This document shows, piece by piece, positions 39,741 through 48,889 of a stretch of 64,000 bases of DNA. The position numbers and the translations under genes are program-made. The notes beneath the pieces were generated by a model, which did no database searches, had not been told where the DNA came from, and saw nothing but the letters and a program-made list of their open reading frames with translations. The stretch is taken from the IMG/VR virus record IMGVR_UViG_3300050120_000152, positions 248,001 to 312,000 of that record, one strand, 5' to 3'. How positions within the stretch are numbered: position 1 is the first letter of the stretch; every line of letters starts with the position of its first letter.

Positions 39741-41885
39741 TTATCCTCTCACATGATCAAAGACTGTTAACGCTACCGGGTCAATAGATGGTATATGGAA
39801 TGGAATTACACATTCCATATTAACTTGTAATCCAGTAGTTATTAATGGTAATACAACTTCGAATGACGATGGTAAAGTAATATGTATATTTGCTAATGCT
39901 CCCAATGTTTGAATAGCATTTTCTGCATAGCTAACATAACCTTCGATTTCAGAAAGAATAGTAGATGATGGTATATTAAGTTCAGATAACACACCTATTG
40001 CCGTACTGATTGTACTTAATGCAGTATTGGCATAATAAGACAATGTATCTAACTGTAACCCATTTTCATTAAGTTTACCCAAAATACTACCTGCCCCACC
40101 CAATGTAGGCAATGACATATTTAATGATGTAGATATCATATGTATGTCATTAGTAGCTTGTAGCATTAATCCACCAGCGCTAAATGATAATGATGGTGCT
40201 AATGGATTACATGATATTGCGGATAATAAATTATTATCTCCCATAACCATATCGAATGATTCTCTGTTTTTAGCTACTGAAAATAAGTTACTTCCCGGAT
40301 CAGTAGGTGAGTTACTTGCTAATGTAGTATTTCCACCAGATTGTACGTCAAATGTTCCAGTGGTAGAAATGGTTACCGCAATATCAGTTACACCTATCTG
40401 ACTATTGGGCGATTTTATAATAACTTGTCCAGTTTCCGAATTACCGCCCACTGATTGTATGATAACATCACCACCCATAGATTTTAATACAAGATTTTCC
40501 CATGATGCTATATTCATGGTTCCTTCATAAGAATATATATTAACGTCAGATTTAGATGCCAACCAATATTCATCAATAGCAAACATGTTGGCTTTACCAC
40601 TAGCAGACATGTTATAATCTCCGGTTACTGATAAATTATAATGTCCATCATTTGTAATTATATCTATATCATTTTTAACTTGTGTGGAAAAATCACTTCC
40701 TACAGTTAAACAATAATTTCCACCTATTTCTGACATAGCATCACTCAAGCTCATTTGACGATATATCGTAGACAACAAATGTAAGTCATTTTGTGCTTGA
40801 ATTCTGACTTGACCAGATAATGGTGCTTCGGACATTTTTTCTAAACCATTATCAGTACCGGCGTAGATATACACGCCTTCTTTACCCTGAATTCGAACTG
40901 ATCCACCAGCATTTATATTAACATCCATATCAGAACTTAAAGATATTCTTCGGCTAGAGTATACGTCTACATTACCCGCAGAATCCATTTCCATCCATGC
41001 ATTACCCGTATTGGTTTTTACATAAATTCTATCATTAGTATCATCCATCAATATCATATGACCAGATGCAGAACGTAATTTAGTTCTACTATTAAAAATT
41101 CTATCATCCAAGGTAATAGAAGCAAATCCCGGCGAAGTCAATGCAATAACTTTAGATGCTTTGAACGATAATCCACCAAATCCACTCCAATCATACCCAT
41201 TTGATCCAACGATATCTTGATTGAATCCAAATTGTTGGGATTTGGCGATATCTTCTTGCATTTGATCTAAATATGACCCTTTATCGGGTGTTGGTGGTTG
41301 ATTAAGTGAACCATCTACTGCAGCAATAGAATAGTCTGCTATTCTAGCTTGCCATTCAGGTGAATTATTATTACCACCAAATGAGGCTTTAGCATTGTCA
41401 TATGCTGGCTGAATAGGTTTTCCCGCTGATGATAATGGGCCATCGGCAGACCCACCAGATGACCATTTAAACCGACCATTACCTAAAGTGTGGGTTTCTT
41501 GTTGATCATACATAGTACCAATCCAGTAGCGCCGACGAAGATCGCCGTCAATACATCCTACTAATACATTAGCCCCTACTTCGGGGATAGCCCAGAATCC
41601 ATAACTTACAGCACCAGTCGTAGTTTGACCATTACGCTCAAATGATGAGTTAGCAATAGTACCACCAAAGGGTGAGATATAAACTGCCCAAGGCAATTGT
41701 AATATTTTAGATGGATCATCGCCATGAGACGGACAAAATACTCTTAATCGACCTTGTTGTAAAGGATCATCCGTATCAACAACAATACCAGCGGTTAATG
41801 AAGTAGTAACATGAAAATAATCACCTTTATTATCGGTAGAATATCTTTTGTCTAAAATATCTAATAGTTCATCTTGGTTAATCAT
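39741..41885 (-). CDS. Baseplate central spike (gp5/VgrG-like: OB fold plus beta-helix), no lysozyme domain
   Basis: GIVVDTDDPLQQGRLRV, LPWA, FWAIPEVGANVLV, RSASGH.I.MDDT, beta-helix repeats. Confidence 0.85.
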   Translation of the reverse strand: MINQDELLDILDKRYSTDNKGDYFHVTTSLTAGIVVDTDDPLQQGRLRVFCPSHGDDPSKILQLPWAVYISPFGGTIANSSFERNGQTTTGAVSYGFWAIPEVGANVLVGCIDGDLRRRYWIGTMYDQQETHTLGNGRFKWSSGGSADGPLSSAGKPIQPAYDNAKASFGGNNNSPEWQARIADYSIAAVDGSLNQPPTPDKGSYLDQMQEDIAKSQQFGFNQDIVGSNGYDWSGFGGLSFKASKVIALTSPGFASITLDDRIFNSRTKLRSASGHMILMDDTNDRIYVKTNTGNAWMEMDSAGNVDVYSSRRISLSSDMDVNINAGGSVRIQGKEGVYIYAGTDNGLEKMSEAPLSGQVRIQAQNDLHLLSTIYRQMSLSDAMSEIGGNYCLTVGSDFSTQVKNDIDIITNDGHYNLSVTGDYNMSASGKANMFAIDEYWLASKSDVNIYSYEGTMNIASWENLVLKSMGGDVIIQSVGGNSETGQVIIKSPNSQIGVTDIAVTISTTGTFDVQSGGNTTLASNSPTDPGSNLFSVAKNRESFDMVMGDNNLLSAISCNPLAPSLSFSAGGLMLQATNDIHMISTSLNMSLPTLGGAGSILGKLNENGLQLDTLSYYANTALSTISTAIGVLSELNIPSSTILSEIEGYVSYAENAIQTLGALANIHITLPSSFEVVLPLITTGLQVNMECVIPFHIPSIDPVALTVFDHVRG

Positions 41886-44323
41886 GTTTTATCATCCGTG
41901 CGATATAATTGTAGAGATTGTGTAAAAAACGATCCAGTAATAACCGATTTTATTACTCCAAGATGATAATATCCTGTATAATAATATTGTAGCGGCATAT
42001 CTTTTGGTATAGTCAGGCCAATGCTATTAGATGGTTTAATATATACATCCAATTTTGCATACATTGGATAATATTCAGGGAATTTATAAAAATTTGGTGA
42101 GTCTGCATCTTCAGCAGATACCTTTATCGGATTTCTAAATAAATCTGATAATAAATTAGGATTTCCTATAATAGTAATATATAATTTTGATGTTTGTGTT
42201 AAGTTTGTTTTCACTAAATTATCTATTGATATTGGGCCATTAGGGCGCTCTAATCCAAAGTTTTTAGGATTAGCCATCCCTCTAACACCCGAATAAGCCG
42301 TATTAAAAAATCCTATATCAGGATTACGTTCTAACATGATCTGCTCTCTATTACCATAGATTGATAGATTATTGGTACTATTATTAGGTTGACTCATAAT
42401 ACCTAAATCAGTATCCGAAAATAATGACATTGATAATTTTATGATATCTCTATCTCTACCATTTTTTTGGTAAGTAAATTCTAATGGTTTAAAAAACCCC
42501 TCCCCAGTTCCCGGCCCAGAATCAGTAGTAGTGCTATTTAATGGTACAACATATTGTTTAATCGTTATATTAAATTCATATTTCGTGTCACACGTTTTGA
42601 CGCATGAAATATTACATTTATAGCTTTTTTGTAAGGATGAGGCAGAGATAGCATCATTACCCACTTGATTTGATAATTTCATTAAGTTATTAACTACTTT
42701 GGTAAGCATCTTACCGGGCTTAACTTGATATACCTTTATCCCTGATGATGTTTGAGATTGGTCAGGTTGTTCAAATGGCATATTTCTATTATCTATAATA
42801 TAGTCATTATAGATAGGGTCTAGATTTATATTATAATCTATAGGTAATATTCCATCAGATTTTTTTTGGTCATTGGGGATAAGCGAATCAACATAATTAT
42901 TATTTATAGATGCTAACCATTGTGATAATGTCGATGGTGGTGGTGATTTTAGAGCTTTCAGCGCTGCCTCAAGACCATTCATAACATCTTGAATAGTTTT
43001 CATTGTTTTATCACTATTTAATCTGCGGCTTCTATACCCATTTAACGCATCGTTTTTAGCCTTTATATCAATGTTTTGGTTTGATCCATGATCTAAATTA
43101 TTTTGTACTGGTGCTGGTTGATTCCCGGTAGGTGGTGGCAGACCACCGAATATAGCAGCTTCAGCAGCGCGACGATTTACTAAGCTTTGATTTACCTTAC
43201 CTCCAGAATATACATAATCATTAAATGCTTGTTGTGCACCATTATAATCACCTGAATTGAGTTTTGCTAATAATCCTTTATATCCATTAGCACCTACGTT
43301 ATAAGTTAAACTTACTAAGGCATCATATTTACCTTGGTCTAATAATACAGTAACCTTGGTACGTACAGCAGCTTGCGCCCATTGTAAATCTTCCAATAAA
43401 AATGCATCTGCTTGTGATTGATTAATCACATCACCCTCATGTACACCTTTTCGGTGACCATAACCAATAGCCCATGCATTTACATCCCAATAAGCCGTTA
43501 ATCGTAATCCTTCAAATTGTTTTATTAAATTTAAACCGGCATCACTTATCGAGAACGATGATGCTGGTTGACCATTATTAATAGTTACCGTTGGTGTAGG
43601 TGTTAATCCCGGTACTGGAGTTGGAGTTATAGTAACCGTAGGGGTAACGGTAATAGTTGCTGTTGGAGTAACGGTAGGTGTGGTTACATATGATTGGGCG
43701 CTTGCAATGTTAGCAGAGGTATTACTATCTTGATGAGTAATAGTCATCTGAAACATTTTTGAATAATTTGGTAATAATGAAAATGTATTATAATCTGCAA
43801 CATATAACATTGTATAAAAATTATTAATAGTATCGACATCATTATATGAATGTGTAAGATTATACATATGAAAAATTAGAGGTTTGATCGGTATAATTTC
43901 AGTTTTATCGTCATATGTAGTGCCAATGATATATGTTTTTAATGCAAATATAATATGTGTTTCTGATATATTTAATTTTGATGCGACCTGATCACGTAAA
44001 AAATTTTGAAAATATCCACCTACCGAATCGGTAATAGTTAATGCTCCCGTCATAGATGATGTTGATAAATCAAAAAATGAATGAAAGGAAAATTCATTTT
44101 CATGCGAATATATGATGAATGAATTATCGACAAACTCATTTACTACTACTATACCGGGTTGACCGCACCCAGTACCCACAAATTCTGTACCAGCTTTACC
44201 AATAGTATAATCTATTGTACTATTAACCGCATCAGAGGTAGTGGTAAATGCGACCAAAATATTTTTGATCACATAACTTCTATATTTCATTAACGGATTT
44301 TGTGTATCTGACGTATTAGGCAT
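41882..44323 (-). CDS. Baseplate hub (gp27-like) with inserted TP linker and GH24 lysozyme domain
   Basis: Upstream of gp5; C-term ITIIGNP, GYYHL..I.S.I.G..FTQ.L.L; internal GLNLIKQFEGLRL.AY.D..IGYGH...DALVSL.YNVG...L..RR.AEA..F. Confidence 0.75.
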   Translation of the reverse strand: MPNTSDTQNPLMKYRSYVIKNILVAFTTTSDAVNSTIDYTIGKAGTEFVGTGCGQPGIVVVNEFVDNSFIIYSHENEFSFHSFFDLSTSSMTGALTITDSVGGYFQNFLRDQVASKLNISETHIIFALKTYIIGTTYDDKTEIIPIKPLIFHMYNLTHSYNDVDTINNFYTMLYVADYNTFSLLPNYSKMFQMTITHQDSNTSANIASAQSYVTTPTVTPTATITVTPTVTITPTPVPGLTPTPTVTINNGQPASSFSISDAGLNLIKQFEGLRLTAYWDVNAWAIGYGHRKGVHEGDVINQSQADAFLLEDLQWAQAAVRTKVTVLLDQGKYDALVSLTYNVGANGYKGLLAKLNSGDYNGAQQAFNDYVYSGGKVNQSLVNRRAAEAAIFGGLPPPTGNQPAPVQNNLDHGSNQNIDIKAKNDALNGYRSRRLNSDKTMKTIQDVMNGLEAALKALKSPPPSTLSQWLASINNNYVDSLIPNDQKKSDGILPIDYNINLDPIYNDYIIDNRNMPFEQPDQSQTSSGIKVYQVKPGKMLTKVVNNLMKLSNQVGNDAISASSLQKSYKCNISCVKTCDTKYEFNITIKQYVVPLNSTTTDSGPGTGEGFFKPLEFTYQKNGRDRDIIKLSMSLFSDTDLGIMSQPNNSTNNLSIYGNREQIMLERNPDIGFFNTAYSGVRGMANPKNFGLERPNGPISIDNLVKTNLTQTSKLYITIIGNPNLLSDLFRNPIKVSAEDADSPNFYKFPEYYPMYAKLDVYIKPSNSIGLTIPKDMPLQYYYTGYYHLGVIKSVITGSFFTQSLQLYRTDDKT

Positions 44324-44325
44324 TA

Positions 44326-44661
44326 TTAATCGCTGGTCAAGTTATATAGGGTACGCGCATAAGATGGTAATATAAGAACGCTACCTACAGTAAGCTCTTC
44401 ATTGATATCTACAATATTATTATATTGTAATACCAGCCATTGAAAATCATCTCTACCATATAATTTATATGAAATTTTGTCGGCTCGGAATGCATAATCT
44501 GATGTTATAGTAAATTTTACATCGGTAATATTATCAGTAGGGAACGTAGCTTTATCCCAATATCCTAAGAATTGCCCTGATATTTCTGTAGTACCGCCAC
44601 GAACCATTCTACAGTTTTTATTATTTAAAGAACTTTTATTTTGATAGAGTTTAAATGCCAT
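44326..44661 (-). CDS. Baseplate wedge gp53-like (LysM-like) protein
   Basis: RADKISYKLYG...WLVLQYNNIVD, G.VL.LP. Confidence 0.8.
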   Translation of the reverse strand: MAFKLYQNKSSLNNKNCRMVRGGTTEISGQFLGYWDKATFPTDNITDVKFTITSDYAFRADKISYKLYGRDDFQWLVLQYNNIVDINEELTVGSVLILPSYARTLYNLTSD

Positions 44662-44667
44662 AATTAA

Positions 44668-45525
44668 TTACCATTGGGTCAAATTACCTTTTTTATAGTC
44701 AGCATATATAAATGATCCAAGATCATCACTGCTTCTTACTTCTTTAAGGACTATAGATACATTTTGTATAATAGGTACCCATATAGCTACTCCATTAATA
44801 TCTTTAGTGTTTATATAATCTATTTCTGATGAATACTCAACATTAAGAGATTGAATCATTACTGGAATACCTCGTATTACATTACCATAAGCAAACAATC
44901 TAAGAGTTTCAGGTTCGGCGCCACCAAGACCTTCGCCTTTCCCTAATACTGGCATTCTCCATGCCTTCAATGTATTTAAATATGTATTATTGGCCGTGGC
45001 TTCTTGCGCTGTTCTAGATATAAACTTAGCATTAATACTAAATGCCCTAGATGGGCTACCCATATAAAATACGATAGATGCTGCTGCGCGAATATCACCA
45101 ATATCTACTAATATTACAGTGCCTGCTTCTGACATATCTGGTGTAGCGTTAAATATTACTGACGAAAATAATGATGTACCCGTTTTACTATCATTTAATG
45201 ATGATACTGTATCAGTATGACCAAACGCATCACCCGATAATCCTATAGTACCCGTGCCAGTTCTACCCACTAATACTACTTTTTGGACAGCATTAGGGTC
45301 AACTGACGATAATGCTGATACTCGTGAAACATAATCTTTCGCGCTATCTGATATAGAATTTGCCTCTTGTTGGGGAGTAGACCCATTAAATGCGGTTCTA
45401 AGTTGTTGCGCCTGTGCTGCAGCTGTTTGTACCCCTACCCCTGCAGCAGCAACATTCACATTAGGCGTATTCGGGGATACCACTGGCTGAACAGCTGGTG
45501 TGGTGTGATCTATTGTTTGCGTCAA
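44668..45525 (-). CDS. Tail tube initiator-like protein (gp48/gp54-type), TTG start
   Basis: F.ATP..SE, R.FSINAKF, PETLRL.AYG, PV.I.SL.V.Y..E.DY; GAGGA SD upstream of TTG. Confidence 0.6.
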   Translation of the reverse strand: MTQTIDHTTPAVQPVVSPNTPNVNVAAAGVGVQTAAAQAQQLRTAFNGSTPQQEANSISDSAKDYVSRVSALSSVDPNAVQKVVLVGRTGTGTIGLSGDAFGHTDTVSSLNDSKTGTSLFSSVIFNATPDMSEAGTVILVDIGDIRAAASIVFYMGSPSRAFSINAKFISRTAQEATANNTYLNTLKAWRMPVLGKGEGLGGAEPETLRLFAYGNVIRGIPVMIQSLNVEYSSEIDYINTKDINGVAIWVPIIQNVSIVLKEVRSSDDLGSFIYADYKKGNLTQW

Positions 45526-45562
45526 AGTTCTTTCCTCATTATACTAATTCATATATTACCAA

Positions 45563-45615
45563 TATTTATATCGTTTATAGATACAATTTTCTTGCATGTT
45601 TTAGAAATATAAATA
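45563..45615. promoter_or_regulatory. Back-to-back late promoters TATAAATA (- at 45563-45570, + at 45608-45615)
   Basis: Two exact T4 late boxes driving divergent baseplate operons. Confidence 0.75.
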
Positions 45616-45638
45616 GTTTAACAAATGAGATATACCAT

Positions 45639-46484
45639 ATGACATCAGAAGTCGATCTACAACATAATCCACTTATTCATAAAATGATTAAATCCAATGC
45701 TATTCCCGGCACTGTGTTTAGATTACCATCTAAAGGTATCCCTTATACTAATGGAGAGTTGGCTGATGAAGTGTTAGGTGGTGAAATTTTGATTTATCCT
45801 ATGTCAACATTAGATGAAATATATTTAAAATCTCCTGATATGCTTTTCCAAGGTACTGCAGTTGAAAAAACTCTAGTTAGATGTTGCCCACAGATTATTA
45901 AACCTTTAGAGCTATTGGCTAAGGATGTAGATTATATCCTTACTTGTATGAGACAAGTATCTTATGGAAATATTTTAACTGTTCCATACGAATGTAATTG
46001 TCCAAAAGCTAAACCAATTGACCTACAAGTCCCTGTATCAGACTTTTTATCTAAAACTAAGACCATATCCGAAAAATCTTTAAAACAGCTTACCTTCACT
46101 CTTGATAGTTTTTTGATAAAGACTAAGTATGTGCGATTCGGACAAATGATTAAATTAAATCAAGAAAATCTTACTGAGGGTGATGAAGATACTCCAGATA
46201 ATATTTTTGATACGTTTATTAAAAATCTAGCAGCAAATATCGAATCCATTGATGCTATAGAAGATAATAATATTATTGTAGATTTCTTGAAAGCCCAGCA
46301 ACGGTCTTTCCAAATGTCTCTTCTTAAGAATATTCAAGATATCAATAATTGGGGGGTAAATTTTGAATATAAATTTACCTGTAAATATTGTGATAAAGTT
46401 AAAACGACCGCGATTGCATTGAATCCTGTAAGTTTTTTTACGGAACCCTCAAATCAGGAACCGGAGAGCAAAAGCGACGATTAA
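45639..46484 (+). CDS. Baseplate hub assembly protein (gp26-like)
   Basis: RLPSKG..Y, IYPMST.DE..L, D.DYIL...R.VSYG, C.C and CKYC, ends near SFF; start set to ATG 45639 downstream of late promoter. Confidence 0.8.
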   Translation: MTSEVDLQHNPLIHKMIKSNAIPGTVFRLPSKGIPYTNGELADEVLGGEILIYPMSTLDEIYLKSPDMLFQGTAVEKTLVRCCPQIIKPLELLAKDVDYILTCMRQVSYGNILTVPYECNCPKAKPIDLQVPVSDFLSKTKTISEKSLKQLTFTLDSFLIKTKYVRFGQMIKLNQENLTEGDEDTPDNIFDTFIKNLAANIESIDAIEDNNIIVDFLKAQQRSFQMSLLKNIQDINNWGVNFEYKFTCKYCDKVKTTAIALNPVSFFTEPSNQEPESKSDD

Positions 46485-46675
46485 AAAATGATCTTGAGGG
46501 TCAAAGTAGAAAATTATATAAATCAGGTGTAGAAATAATGTACTTTATGCGTGGCGCACTTAGTCGTGAAAGCATGTTGGATTTAACTTCATGGGAAAAA
46601 GATATATTGTCCGAATTCCTTAATGAGCGCATAGAAATTGAGATGCAAAAAAAGAATACCCCACCAATTTATTAA
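46439..46675 (+). CDS. gp51-like hub-assembly ORF, probably reached by -1 frameshift from the gp26-like gene (alternative ATG 46538)
   Basis: -1 frame: YGTLKSGTGEQKRRLKNDLEGQSRKLYKSGVEIMYFMRGALSRESMLDLTSWEKDILSEFLNERIEIEMQKKNTPPIY; not in ORF track. Confidence 0.6.
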   Translation, partial: YGTLKSGTGEQKRRLKNDLEGQSRKLYKSGVEIMYFMRGALSRESMLDLTSWEKDILSEFLNERIEIEMQKKNTPPIY

Positions 46676-46676
46676 T

Positions 46677-47372
46677 ATGAATATAGTAGCTATTGATCCA
46701 TCCCTAACCTGTTCAGCCTTAGTTGTAAATGATAAAAAATTTATTTACGCTAAAGAAGATTTGGGAATATCTGAAAAAACACAAAAAATTAAGAAATGGT
46801 TTGAGTTATGTGCACCATTCATTACCTATCGTTGGATAAATTATACAAAAAATATTATTCATTCAGAATCTGAAATATCTAAGTTAATGGAATATGATGT
46901 TATTACGGATAACATCATAAAAGATATATTATCTAATATTAACAAAGATGAAAAGACGATCATCGGAATTGAAGGATATAGTTATTCATCTGCAGCAGGC
47001 CCATTAATTGATTTAGTTACTTTTAGTACATTATTACGAAATAAATTATATAAACAAGTATCAACAAATATAAAAGTATTTCAGCCAGCATCATTAAAAT
47101 TGGAGGCGGCAAAACTAACTTATCCAGTAATAAGAAAGGGTGTGAAAGTCATAAAATTAGAATATAGAAATAATCAAGGTGTTTCTGGTGGTAAATTTAA
47201 AAAACCGGAAATGTTAATGGCATTGACTGATAATACTACTTTAATATGTCCATGGGTTGAGTTTTTAAGAGTTCATCAACAACTCATTATGGAACTGAAT
47301 ACGGTTCCTAAACCAATGGAAGATGTTAATGATGCCAAATTACTATATGAAATCCTAAAGAACCATAAATAA
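46677..47372 (+). CDS. RuvC-like Holliday junction resolvase
   Basis: IVAIDPSLTCSA, IGIEGYSY, P.SLK, EDVNDA; start set to ATG 46677. Confidence 0.75.
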   Translation: MNIVAIDPSLTCSALVVNDKKFIYAKEDLGISEKTQKIKKWFELCAPFITYRWINYTKNIIHSESEISKLMEYDVITDNIIKDILSNINKDEKTIIGIEGYSYSSAAGPLIDLVTFSTLLRNKLYKQVSTNIKVFQPASLKLEAAKLTYPVIRKGVKVIKLEYRNNQGVSGGKFKKPEMLMALTDNTTLICPWVEFLRVHQQLIMELNTVPKPMEDVNDAKLLYEILKNHK

Positions 47373-47393
47373 TTACAATAAGAATCATATAAA

Positions 47394-48581
47394 ATGGCTA
47401 CTTCTCAACAAATCTATAGTGAAATAAATTCAGCAATCAATCCTGAAAATTCTTCAAAGCGTCCTACTATGGCATGGATTGCTGGTACATTTAAGAAAGC
47501 CTATGATTTTGGTAGAATACAACGCGCTGTTGATGAACATTCTAAAGAACTTGATACAAAGACATTAGAAAATTTTATAAACACCTTAAAATTTAGAGAT
47601 ATTGCTGTAAAGAATGGTTTAATGACTAAAACTGATGAAGGTAAGTATGTAACCTCGGAAAGAGGAAATCGATTCATTCAGGATTTATCCAAAAATATTA
47701 AACAATGGGAGTCGATTAATGATCTTTCATTTAAACAGTTACGTGGTGAAGTTCAATCTGCAAAAGGTGAAGTAGATCAAGAATGGTATAATAACCTCCC
47801 TCCCGTTGAACAGCATGTCATTGACATTTATTCCAGATTGACTCCAAAAGAGTTTCATTTGTTGACTGGTCTTAAAAATGATCGAGATAACAAACAAAAA
47901 TATGTTAATCGTATAGAAACTCTTGAAGATAGTGATCCAGAATCTTATGCTATTTTACGAGATGCCGGAATTATTAACAATAAAAATCAAATAAACAATA
48001 CTTTACTATCAACATTCTTTGCTACATTGGCTAAGTATGATTATCGTCATCTTCGTTCATTCAATCGTAGTATATCAAGTAAATCTGATAGAATAGCTGC
48101 CGACAAAGGATTGGCACAAAATTATTTGAATCGTTCATTAGATAAAAATTCTCCACGTAACTCTGATATTGGTGTTAGAGCTAGGGAGTTCATTGAAGAT
48201 AGTAATGGATGCACTAAAAGTTGGATTGAGGCCATGGCAAAAGGGCCGGGTCAAGGTGTAAGATGTTCACAAGTGGATTTTGATGATTTGAGATTACAAG
48301 GTATAGTTACTACAGCGGCATCACGAGAATTAACTACTTTTGGTAAGCTTGTAGCTTCATTAATCAAAACGGGTAGGGGCATGAATTCGTTTGATGAAAA
48401 AGAACCGTTGAATTCTAGAATGCCAACTGGTGCTGTAGCTGATAATGATCGCCAGCGTCAACGATCTAAAATACTCGGTGGACGTAAGGCTGCATTTAAT
48501 GATAGAATGCATCGAACAAAAACAGAAGAATCTAAAAACCTTTCATTCAAGAAGTATCTCATCGAGCAGCAAGCTTCTTAA
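47394..48581 (+). CDS. Hypothetical late protein with winged-helix-like repeats
   Basis: Repeated L...G(I/L)...T..G segments; CATAAATA at 47364-47371; C-term SFKKYLIE. Confidence 0.5.
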   Translation: MATSQQIYSEINSAINPENSSKRPTMAWIAGTFKKAYDFGRIQRAVDEHSKELDTKTLENFINTLKFRDIAVKNGLMTKTDEGKYVTSERGNRFIQDLSKNIKQWESINDLSFKQLRGEVQSAKGEVDQEWYNNLPPVEQHVIDIYSRLTPKEFHLLTGLKNDRDNKQKYVNRIETLEDSDPESYAILRDAGIINNKNQINNTLLSTFFATLAKYDYRHLRSFNRSISSKSDRIAADKGLAQNYLNRSLDKNSPRNSDIGVRAREFIEDSNGCTKSWIEAMAKGPGQGVRCSQVDFDDLRLQGIVTTAASRELTTFGKLVASLIKTGRGMNSFDEKEPLNSRMPTGAVADNDRQRQRSKILGGRKAAFNDRMHRTKTEESKNLSFKKYLIEQQAS

Positions 48582-48631
48582 TTTCTTTTTGTTTTATTAA
48601 AAAAGGCATAATTAAATAATGTTAAATGCAC

Positions 48632-48660
48632 TTGACAGAATTAATTAATTCATATATAAT
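48632..48660 (+). promoter_or_regulatory. Perfect-consensus sigma70 promoter
   Basis: TTGACA-N17-TATAAT. Confidence 0.85.
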
Positions 48661-48830
48661 GCACTTGCTCTTCCAATAAATGCCTTCTATTAAAAGCCAT
48701 ATAATTTCAAATAGAACTTGTTTCTATTTGATATTTCGTGTAAGCGAAATATTATTTATTTCTATTTAATATTATACAATTATATTTTAATATTGCGTTT
48801 TTTGTTATATGTAACGCATTAACAAACGAA

Positions 48831-48859
48831 TGGCAAATAAATCCCAGATATGATAGCAT
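48831..48859 (+). promoter_or_regulatory. Sigma70-type promoter for the helicase
   Basis: TGGCAA-N17-TAGCAT with TGn extended -10. Confidence 0.45.
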
Positions 48860-48889
48860 GGCAATCCCTAAACTAGGTACTTAATTAGC

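Noticed and set aside
45498-45638. ORF-track N-terminal extension of the gp26-like gene
   Set aside because: Runs through both divergent late promoters and overlaps the opposite gene; ATG 45639 fits better
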